IMG/VR virus record: IMGVR_UViG_3300046529_000477
Coordinates: 5,225 to 69,224 of that record
Reading direction: 5' to 3' (one strand)
Source of the DNA: a virus
DNA: 64,000 bases
Below are positions 26,382 to 34,512 of the stretch, one piece after another (position 1 is the stretch's first letter; every line of letters starts with the position of its first letter). The notes under the pieces are model-generated. The model saw only the letters and a program-made list of their open reading frames with translations. It was not told the DNA's origin and ran no database searches. Made by a program: the position numbers and the translations under genes.

Positions 26382-27507
26382 CTGGAGTACTGTAAATAAT
26401 TGGTCAGCTACATCAGGTGGCGGGACTAACAGTGCTACTCCAACTACAACATCAGATGTTACTTTTGATGGTGCAGGAACGCATGGAAATGATGCATCAA
26501 CCGTATCTGCCAATGTAACCATTCTCTCATTAACTTTTACATCAGGATATACTTCAACACTAACAATAAGCACAGCAGTTACATTAACTATTGGGGGTAA
26601 TTTTACAGACAATACAGCACATAGTTGGACAGTAACAGGAACGGGTTCAATGACAATATCGGCTGCAAGTACTATAACAAGCGGAGGTAAAACATTTCCT
26701 GGTTCTGTTACATTTTCGGGAGCTAATACTAAAACATTGTCAGGAGATTGGACTATAACGGGAACATTGTCAACAACTGCTGCAACTACTATTACATCGG
26801 GTAATTTAACTATTGGAGGTTTAAGTCCAAGTGTCGGGGCTGTTTCAGGAACTACTAATTTAATTTTAAATAGCGGGACATGGCAAGGAGTTACTACTGT
26901 TCAAAATAATCTTACCATTTCAGGAACAGTTACTATTTCAGGAACAGTAACTTATAATACAGGAACATTAACTTGTACGTCAGGGACAATTACAACAACA
27001 GGTTCTACATTGACATTATCCGGTTCATGCACTTTAAATACAAGTGCCATTTCATGGATTAACGTTACAATTTCTGCTACTGCAACTATAACTATTAATT
27101 CATTATTAACTGCTTCTGTCTTATTAATTAGTGGTGCAGTTCCAACATTTGCGGGTACAACCGGATTTACAGTAGGAACATTTAATATGCCCGCAGTAAG
27201 TGCTATAACAGTAACGTTCGTTCATAGTGTGACATATACTATTACATCTGCTATTACTTGCTTTTCATCGAGGGTTGGTGCAGTAGTATTATTTACTTCT
27301 GATGATGCAGTAATAACGGCTAAATTAACTTTGAGTCAAGGGGCAACTTGTAATGTACTTGCAAATTTTACAAGGATAGATGCAAGTGGTGGCAGAAATA
27401 TAAATTCTTTCAATGGAGTAATAACAAGTTGTGTAGGTGTATATTCTTTTACAGATGTAAATTATATAGGTAGTATTGTTCAGGCAAAAGCAGTTGGAGG
27501 ATATTAA
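26341..27507 (+). CDS. Thr/Ser/Gly-rich beta-solenoid fibre protein
   Basis: NWS...NWSATSGG....P....DVTFD start and repetitive TLT/TIT strands. Confidence 0.7.
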   Translation: MATFFWIHAAANSNWSTVNNWSATSGGGTNSATPTTTSDVTFDGAGTHGNDASTVSANVTILSLTFTSGYTSTLTISTAVTLTIGGNFTDNTAHSWTVTGTGSMTISAASTITSGGKTFPGSVTFSGANTKTLSGDWTITGTLSTTAATTITSGNLTIGGLSPSVGAVSGTTNLILNSGTWQGVTTVQNNLTISGTVTISGTVTYNTGTLTCTSGTITTTGSTLTLSGSCTLNTSAISWINVTISATATITINSLLTASVLLISGAVPTFAGTTGFTVGTFNMPAVSAITVTFVHSVTYTITSAITCFSSRVGAVVLFTSDDAVITAKLTLSQGATCNVLANFTRIDASGGRNINSFNGVITSCVGVYSFTDVNYIGSIVQAKAVGGY

Positions 27508-27510
27508 AGT

Positions 27511-28008
27511 GTGGCAAGAAAAGGTAGATATGGAATATATAAGCCGATTATTTTAAAGAATAATGTTGTAAGTGCAGTTAACTATACACTTACAGTTGAC
27601 ACAGGTTTTTATGGTTTAAGTGGACAGGATATAAATTTAAACGTTGGAAGAAATTTAGTTGTTGATACAGGCTTATACAACTTAACAGGCGAAGATGTTT
27701 TATTCAGTGTTGGAAGAAGTATAAGTGTAGATACAGGTTTTTATAATTTAATAGGTGAAGATGTTCTATTTAATATTAGCAGGAATATTTCACTTGATAC
27801 AGGAATTTATGGATTAACAGGAATTGATGTTGGATTTATTTATACACCTTTTAAGCCCCCTTCACCACCATTTTCAGATGGCGGAGGCGGTGGCGGAAGT
27901 AATAGAAATGAAGAAAATAGATTGAGAGAAGAAAATGAGATGAAAATAAGAATTGATGATAATAATTTAATTTCGGTATTTAAAATATTTTTAGAAGAAT
28001 GCCCATAA
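27511..28008 (+). CDS. Repeat-containing fibre-like protein
   Basis: Four ~23-aa repeats: VDTGFYGLSGQD / VDTGLYNLTGED / VDTGFYNLIGED / LDTGIYGLTGID. Confidence 0.7.
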   Translation: MARKGRYGIYKPIILKNNVVSAVNYTLTVDTGFYGLSGQDINLNVGRNLVVDTGLYNLTGEDVLFSVGRSISVDTGFYNLIGEDVLFNISRNISLDTGIYGLTGIDVGFIYTPFKPPSPPFSDGGGGGGSNRNEENRLREENEMKIRIDDNNLISVFKIFLEECP

Positions 28009-31000
28009 AAGATTGTTTAGAGCAAAAAGGTGTAAAGCAACAACACATAGATGAAATAGGAAATATTGTAAAATCTTTCACTGATAAAGGAATGTCTGAA
28101 AGAGATGCAGGTATTGAAGCAGTAAAAGAATATCATAAAAAACTTAGTTCAGATTTAAACAATTTAAAAAAATCAGTAGGCATTAAAACAGAGAAATACG
28201 TAGCACCAACAAAATACGAACAAACCAAAAATGAATTTGATAAACAAATTATTTCACAACAAAATACAAAACAAAATGAAAAAGCAAATGAGCCAATCCC
28301 AAGCAATGAAAAAATGGGAGAGCAGCAAGCAAGACCAGAAAATGGACAAGAAGTACGGGGAGAACAGCCCAAAGGACAAGGCAATGGACAAGAAAATGGT
28401 AGCCAAAATGATAAACAAGAAAAAATAGGAGGTCAAAATGCCACTACCAAAAGCGCCGAACAACAGCAAGAAGGCGATAAACAAGCAGGTATCAGCGAAC
28501 ATCAAGGAGTTGGTACATCACGGAACGAAGCCCCGACCAATGAACCAAATAATAGCAATAGCGGAATCAACAGCGAGAGGGCGCAACAAGAAAAAGTAAA
28601 TCAAGGCGGTGAACCTCCAAAAGAAGGCAAACCGCCTTTAACTGAAAAGCCCGAAGATGAAACCACAAGTATTAAAAATGCAACTACCAAATTAAGACGT
28701 GAACAATATGGATTAGACGAAGAAATTCCAGCAGCTAAGAAAGAATTTGGTACAACATGGGAAGAAGCAAAGGACAAAATAGCAAATGGTTATAACCCGC
28801 AAGATTTAGTTGATGAACTTGCTGCTAAACCAAGACCAATATCAGATGTTGAAAACGCAATCTTATTACATAACCAAAATACCAAAGAAATTAATCTTAT
28901 AGACTTAAATAAACAGATTAATGATGCAGCAGAAAAAGGGAATGAACAAGATTTACAAGAAGCCAAAACAGCCAAAGCAAGAGTATTAGATGAACTACAA
29001 AAAATATATGATGTCAATAAAGCCGTAGGTACTGAACAAGGTAGAGGATTAGCAGCACGTAAGATGATGGTTGATAGGCGTTATTCATTAGCTAATATGG
29101 TTGCAGAAATAAGGGCAACTGCCAATGATGGCAAACCATTAAGCGAAGAACAACAAGCTGAAGTAGAGGCACTACATAAAAAAATAAATGAGACACAAAA
29201 AGCATTTGACGACTATGTAAAACAAGCTGAATCGGAAATAAAAGGATTGCAAGAAAAAATATTAGGCAAGAAAGTAGGAAATAAAAAATCAGCAGCACAA
29301 AAGTTAAGAGACTTAGCAGATAAGTTAGAAAAAAGTACAGCAGGACAAACTTATGCAAGCATAGTTCCCATTACTCCAAAAATGATTGCAGGTGCAATGC
29401 GTTTGATTGCGGATGGATTAGAAAAAGGGGAAGATATTTTAAACTTAATAAAAGATGCTATTGAAAAAATAAAAGGTGAAAATAAAGATATTGATGAAGC
29501 TAAGTTAACCAAAGCCATCAATAATGAAGTTATAAATAGCGGTATTATTTCAGCAACAGAGAAAGAAAGAAAGACAAGTAAAGATTTAGGCGGATTGCTT
29601 TTGAATAATAAGTTAGATAGAAAAGCACTTGAATTAAAATCAGCAGCAGATAGAGCCAAAAATGAATTTGATATAAAAGTAAAAAAAGATGCAGCCAAAA
29701 AAGAAAGTTTCTTTAGTAAAGTACAAAATGTTTTTACAAAATTTCAACGTGGATTTAAGTTATCTAATATTCTTACATTGGGCAAATTGGAAGCAGCAGG
29801 ATTGGCAAGATTGACTACTACTCCATTAGAAGATATTGTAGGCGCAGGATATTCAAAGATATTACCAAGATTAGCTAAAGGTGCAATAGGAGAAGGCGGC
29901 GGTTTAAATGTAAAAGAAACAGCAAATGCTTATAAGACAGGATTGATTGAGGGAATGAAAGATGCTGCTACTATAATGAAAAAAGGTAGTCAAGGCAAAA
30001 GTGATATAGATGTAGCATTTGGTAAATTAGGTGATATGCCGCCTGAAGCAATAGACTTTTTCGGGCAATTACATAGCGCACTTAAAGCTCCTATTAAACG
30101 ATTTGCATTTGAACGTTCATTATCAAAAAGATTAAGAAGAAATATAGCAAATGGTGTTGATGTATCAGACCCAATGGTGCAAACAGAAATATTAACAGGT
30201 GCATATAAAGATGCTAATAGAGCAATCTTTATGCAGGATAATAAAGTGGCAACAGGATTTCAAAACTTAATTAAATATTTTGAAAGCAAAGACAAGGCAA
30301 CAGGGAAAGCAGTGAATAAACCACTTGCAACAACTTTACAATGGATGATACCATTTGTGAAAATACCTACTAATATAGCAGCAGAAACAGGGGCGCACGT
30401 TTATGGAGTTCCATTAGAGATAGGTAAAGGAATAGTAAGAATATTTGATAAAAATCAGAAAGGGTTAACAGCAGAAGAAAAAGATATAATCTTTAGAAAC
30501 TTAAAGAAAGGAACATTGGGTGCAGCAGCAATGGCATTGGGTTATTTTAATCCTCAAAACTTTGGTGGTTTTTATCAGAAAGGACAAAAAAGAGAACAAG
30601 ATGATGCACAAGCATTAGGATTGAAATTATTTGGTAAACGTATTCCTGCATGGTTTATTGAAGCCCCAATATTTCAAGCAATGCAGTTAGGTGCGACAGT
30701 AAGAAGAATTAAAGATGAAAGAGTTAAAGGAGAAGAAAAAGGAATTGGTGAAGGCATTTGGGCAGGAGCATTAGGATTGGTAGATAAAGTGCCAATGGTT
30801 GACCAACCAATGAGAATGGCTGAATTGTTTTCAAGTTCAAGAGATAGGCAATATTATTTAGGAGAACTTGCAAAGAGTACTGTTGATCCCGCATTAGTAA
30901 CTTATTTAGCCAATGTAACAGACCCCGCAGATAGAAAATCTATAATGGGTAAAATATTAAATCCAGAAAACAAAAGAACAAATACTTCAATAGTAGAACA

Positions 31001-31463
31001 TATTAAAAGTGGTATTCCTGGATTACGTGAAACATTACCATTAAAAGAAACAACATTTACTGAAGAAAATAAAAAAGACCCAACATTCAAATACTTTTTG
31101 GATAAAGGATTAGAACTACCAAATACATCAATGAAGTATGAAGAAATAACTAATGAAGAAAAAGGAACTAAAAAAACAGTAGCTGATTATCCAAAAGAAA
31201 TACAAGATAAATACAAGGTAGAACATACAAAACAACTCAAACAGATATTAGCACCAATAGTAAGCGGTAGAGAAAAAGTATATGTAAAATCATACAAAAA
31301 AGCAAATGGTGAAACAACAACAGCAGTTTCAATTGATGAGCCAAATGGTAATTATAAATCAGAAAACATAAATAAGTTATCAAAAGAACAACTTGCCCAA
31401 TTATTACATTTAGCACAATCTCATGCAACAACAGCAACAAAAGAAAAAATATTTAATAAATGA
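27999..31463 (+). CDS. Putative large ejection (cargo) protein B
   Basis: 1154 aa, helical/coiled, IPFVKIPTNI motif typical of large virion-injected proteins. Confidence 0.6.
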   Translation: MPIKDCLEQKGVKQQHIDEIGNIVKSFTDKGMSERDAGIEAVKEYHKKLSSDLNNLKKSVGIKTEKYVAPTKYEQTKNEFDKQIISQQNTKQNEKANEPIPSNEKMGEQQARPENGQEVRGEQPKGQGNGQENGSQNDKQEKIGGQNATTKSAEQQQEGDKQAGISEHQGVGTSRNEAPTNEPNNSNSGINSERAQQEKVNQGGEPPKEGKPPLTEKPEDETTSIKNATTKLRREQYGLDEEIPAAKKEFGTTWEEAKDKIANGYNPQDLVDELAAKPRPISDVENAILLHNQNTKEINLIDLNKQINDAAEKGNEQDLQEAKTAKARVLDELQKIYDVNKAVGTEQGRGLAARKMMVDRRYSLANMVAEIRATANDGKPLSEEQQAEVEALHKKINETQKAFDDYVKQAESEIKGLQEKILGKKVGNKKSAAQKLRDLADKLEKSTAGQTYASIVPITPKMIAGAMRLIADGLEKGEDILNLIKDAIEKIKGENKDIDEAKLTKAINNEVINSGIISATEKERKTSKDLGGLLLNNKLDRKALELKSAADRAKNEFDIKVKKDAAKKESFFSKVQNVFTKFQRGFKLSNILTLGKLEAAGLARLTTTPLEDIVGAGYSKILPRLAKGAIGEGGGLNVKETANAYKTGLIEGMKDAATIMKKGSQGKSDIDVAFGKLGDMPPEAIDFFGQLHSALKAPIKRFAFERSLSKRLRRNIANGVDVSDPMVQTEILTGAYKDANRAIFMQDNKVATGFQNLIKYFESKDKATGKAVNKPLATTLQWMIPFVKIPTNIAAETGAHVYGVPLEIGKGIVRIFDKNQKGLTAEEKDIIFRNLKKGTLGAAAMALGYFNPQNFGGFYQKGQKREQDDAQALGLKLFGKRIPAWFIEAPIFQAMQLGATVRRIKDERVKGEEKGIGEGIWAGALGLVDKVPMVDQPMRMAELFSSSRDRQYYLGELAKSTVDPALVTYLANVTDPADRKSIMGKILNPENKRTNTSIVEHIKSGIPGLRETLPLKETTFTEENKKDPTFKYFLDKGLELPNTSMKYEEITNEEKGTKKTVADYPKEIQDKYKVEHTKQLKQILAPIVSGREKVYVKSYKKANGETTTAVSIDEPNGNYKSENINKLSKEQLAQLLHLAQSHATTATKEKIFNK
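28276..28428 (+). CDS. Overprinted (+1 frame) small Lys/Met-rich protein
   Basis: MKKQMSQSQAMKKWESSKQDQKMDKKYGENSPKDKAMDKKMVAKMINKKK with AAAACAAAATG leader. Confidence 0.6.
   Translation: MKKQMSQSQAMKKWESSKQDQKMDKKYGENSPKDKAMDKKMVAKMINKKK
28438..28599 (+). CDS. Overprinted (+1 frame) small basic phage protein
   Basis: MPLPKAPNNSKKAINKQVSANIKELVHHGTKPRPMNQIIAIAESTARGRNKKK, preceded by AGGAGGT. Confidence 0.7.
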   Translation: MPLPKAPNNSKKAINKQVSANIKELVHHGTKPRPMNQIIAIAESTARGRNKKK

Positions 31464-31798
31464 GTGAATTAATAGATTATAAAAAGAAATGTGAAGAATA
31501 TGAAAAGAGGATGGGCATAGGACAAAATGACCCCGCTAAAGATGGCTATTTAGTTATGGTAAGTATTTTACAACAACAGAATGAATATCTAAGTAGTTTT
31601 AAAATAAAATCATTTATAGCTTCGGAAGAAAAGGGAGACCAGTTAGCTTATAAAAATGCTAAAGACTTATGGGAAAATTTACCAAATACTATTGAATCAG
31701 TTTCTAAATTAAAAATAGCATTGAAAATGGAAGGAGAAGAAAAGAGAAATAATTATAAACCAATTTCTTCAAAAGAAATAGCTAACGGTAATGTTTAA
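31460..31798 (+). CDS. Putative terminase small subunit
   Basis: 112-aa helical ORF overlapping the TerL start; positional call only. Confidence 0.4.
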   Translation: MSELIDYKKKCEEYEKRMGIGQNDPAKDGYLVMVSILQQQNEYLSSFKIKSFIASEEKGDQLAYKNAKDLWENLPNTIESVSKLKIALKMEGEEKRNNYKPISSKEIANGNV

Positions 31799-33926
31799 AG
31801 ATTTAAGAAATGGGTACATTGATATAGCTGATAATTCTTTTGGATTTGTCTATAAATGCTATTTGCCTCCTGTTGGGTATGGTTTAAATGCGGCTAATGG
31901 ATTAATTCAGGAAACAGATATTTTACTTTCATCAGAAATACCAACAGAACAGTTTTGGGAAAGACCTTCATTACCACATGACTTTAAATTCAAGAGAAAA
32001 AAAGAAAAAGATATTCAGAGAATAGACCCTTATTATGTTGATGAATATTTAGAGATAATAAGAAAAAGAGAATGGAAAAGAAGATTATGTGGTGTATGGT
32101 TTTGGAACTATAATCCTATAAGAGAATGTAGTGAACTAATATACATAACAGGGCTTCATTATTTATATATAACCTATTGGAAGTTTCAAGGTAAATTCTT
32201 AGATTTTAGAATAGCAGATAGAGACTTTTTTTATTTCGTTGCCTATTGCATGGAAGATGAAAAATGTTTAGGCATAAATGAAATAACCAAACGTAAGAAT
32301 GGAAAGACAGCAAGAGCAGGTTGTTGGGCTTATGAAAGAGTTTCAAGAATGAATAATCATCATGCAGGTTTACAATCTAAAAGTGATGATGATGCTGAAG
32401 ATGCTTTTTTCAAAGCAGTCATTAATCCTTGGCAGAAGTTACCCGATTTTTTTAAGCCAAGATATGATTTAATGAAAGGCGAAGAACCAAATGAATTAAG
32501 GTTTTTCGCAACAGCACGTAGAGGTAGCAGAATAGAAGAAGAAGATGATAGTATAGAAGAACCATTGGAATCTTTTTTTGATTATAAAGTAGCAACAGAG
32601 TCAGCTTATGATGGGCCGGAATTGCACACATACGTTTCAGATGAAGCAGGTAAAACAAAAAAACCAGTAAGCATAAAAGAAAGACAAAATGTAACAAGAT
32701 TTTGCACTGAAATAGATTTTGAATTAAAGGGAAAGCATTACTACACTACTACAGTAGAACCGGAAAAAAATGAAGAAGAAAATATAGAATTTCAAGAATT
32801 GACAGCAAATAGCAATCCACTTGAAAGAGATGAAAATGGATTTACCGGAACAGGACTTTATACAATATTCCTACCTGCACAAAAAGGAATGTATGTAAAT
32901 AAAGAATTTGCTAAATACGGTTTTGTAGATGAAGAAATGAATCTACGTACTATATCAAATAAGATAGCATCATTACAAGAGAAAAATGATACAAGAGGAA
33001 TAAGTTCATTTAAAAGAAAAAACCCAAGAAATTTAAAAGAAGCATTTAGCGCAGATGGTGAAAACAGTTTATACAATCCCGAACTTTTAAATAACCAATT
33101 AGACGCAATTCAATGGACAAATAAATTCACTGAATTTGGAAATTTAGAATGGGTAAATGGAGATAGATTATTTATTGAAAAGAAGTTGGCAGATGGCAAA
33201 ATAGAAATTGTACCAAATAAATTAAAATGGGTTGTTTCTGCAACAGGCAAATTTGAGAAATTAAAAGATTGGTTTCCTAAAGAAGAAAATAATATTTATT
33301 ACAGAAATGGACAATTTTTTACAAACAATGACAAGTCAATAAATATAGGCGGTGACCCTTTTAAATATGATAAAACCAAAGATAAAAGACGTTCTAACTG
33401 TGCTGCATTTGCTTATCAATTACCAGACCCTATTTATCCTGATGATACTTATGATGATACTTTTTGTTTAAGATATTCTTATAGAGAAGAAAGCACGAGA
33501 CTATCAAATGAAGATATGCTAAAAATGGCATGGTGGTGCGGTTGTAAAATATTATTTGAAAGAAATGTAAACCATTGGAAAGATTATTTCATAGATAATA
33601 ATTGCGGTGATTTTTTAGTATGGTTGGATGGTGAAGTAGAGCCAGGAATTATAACAGCAACGGGAAGTTCAGGAGTACAAGCTATTTGCGATTATACAGA
33701 AGCATATATTAATCAACACATAGAAAAAGTATTTTTCAAAACATTAATAAGAAAAGAAACAGGTTGGTTGGGATTTAAAGTAGAAGATACTGAAAAATTT
33801 GATGAACCAATGGCAGCAGGGATAACATTAATAAGAGTAAAAGGAATGAAACGAAAATTAAAATCACAACTGCCAAAAAGAAATATATCAGATTACTTTT
33901 CAAAAACAAGCGGTTGGACTTATTGA
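31791..33926 (+). CDS. terL: Terminase large subunit
   Basis: ITGLHYLY, Walker A-like KRKNGKT, Walker B YVSDEAGK, nuclease GGDP and FERN, D..MA. Confidence 0.9.
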   Translation: MFKDLRNGYIDIADNSFGFVYKCYLPPVGYGLNAANGLIQETDILLSSEIPTEQFWERPSLPHDFKFKRKKEKDIQRIDPYYVDEYLEIIRKREWKRRLCGVWFWNYNPIRECSELIYITGLHYLYITYWKFQGKFLDFRIADRDFFYFVAYCMEDEKCLGINEITKRKNGKTARAGCWAYERVSRMNNHHAGLQSKSDDDAEDAFFKAVINPWQKLPDFFKPRYDLMKGEEPNELRFFATARRGSRIEEEDDSIEEPLESFFDYKVATESAYDGPELHTYVSDEAGKTKKPVSIKERQNVTRFCTEIDFELKGKHYYTTTVEPEKNEEENIEFQELTANSNPLERDENGFTGTGLYTIFLPAQKGMYVNKEFAKYGFVDEEMNLRTISNKIASLQEKNDTRGISSFKRKNPRNLKEAFSADGENSLYNPELLNNQLDAIQWTNKFTEFGNLEWVNGDRLFIEKKLADGKIEIVPNKLKWVVSATGKFEKLKDWFPKEENNIYYRNGQFFTNNDKSINIGGDPFKYDKTKDKRRSNCAAFAYQLPDPIYPDDTYDDTFCLRYSYREESTRLSNEDMLKMAWWCGCKILFERNVNHWKDYFIDNNCGDFLVWLDGEVEPGIITATGSSGVQAICDYTEAYINQHIEKVFFKTLIRKETGWLGFKVEDTEKFDEPMAAGITLIRVKGMKRKLKSQLPKRNISDYFSKTSGWTY

Positions 33927-34480
33927 CATTACATATCATACACGACAGAGATAGAATTGATAGATATAATCAGTTAATGAATGAATTAAAAGATCAAGGC
34001 ATTGATAATTATTTTTTATGGGATGCAATACATGATAAAAAAGGAACTTATCAAGGAATAAATAAAGCACATAAACAAATAGTAGAATGGGCACGAGAAA
34101 ATCATTTGCCAAGAGTAATTATAGCAGAAGATGATATTAGATTTTTTGACAAAGGAGCATATAAATATTTCATAGAGAATGAACCAAAAGATTATGATTT
34201 GTATTTGGGCGGCATTTTCTTAGGTGAAATAGACAATCATAATGAAACAGAAAGATTTACTGGGTTAAGTCTTTACATGGTTAACTATACATATTATGAT
34301 ACATTTTTAGATGCAGAAGAAAATGAACATTTAGATATAGCATTATGTTATAAAGGCGGCAAATTCATAGTATGTGACCCATTTGCAGTTAGGCAACACA
34401 ACGGATATAGTTATAATGAAAAGAGATTTATGAATTACGATTTCATGTTTGACAACAGGAAAGTGTTTAGAGCGAATTAA
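33914..34480 (+). CDS. GT25-like glycosyltransferase
   Basis: R.DR, GINKAHKQIV, IIAEDDIRF, DYDLYLGG; TTG start overlapping the TerL end. Confidence 0.8.
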   Translation: MDLLTLHIIHDRDRIDRYNQLMNELKDQGIDNYFLWDAIHDKKGTYQGINKAHKQIVEWARENHLPRVIIAEDDIRFFDKGAYKYFIENEPKDYDLYLGGIFLGEIDNHNETERFTGLSLYMVNYTYYDTFLDAEENEHLDIALCYKGGKFIVCDPFAVRQHNGYSYNEKRFMNYDFMFDNRKVFRAN

Positions 34481-34484
34481 AGTA

Positions 34485-34508
34485 TAATTTTACAATACCA
34501 AAACTAAT
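34485..34508 (+). promoter_or_regulatory. Late promoter/leader motif copy
   Basis: TAATTTTAC-AAT-ACCAAAACTAAT just before the portal ATG. Confidence 0.7.
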
Positions 34509-34512
34509 TAAG

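Noticed and set aside
27590-27830. D-T-G repeats as glycosylation sequons
   Set aside because: The protein has no signal peptide and DTG is part of a structural repeat
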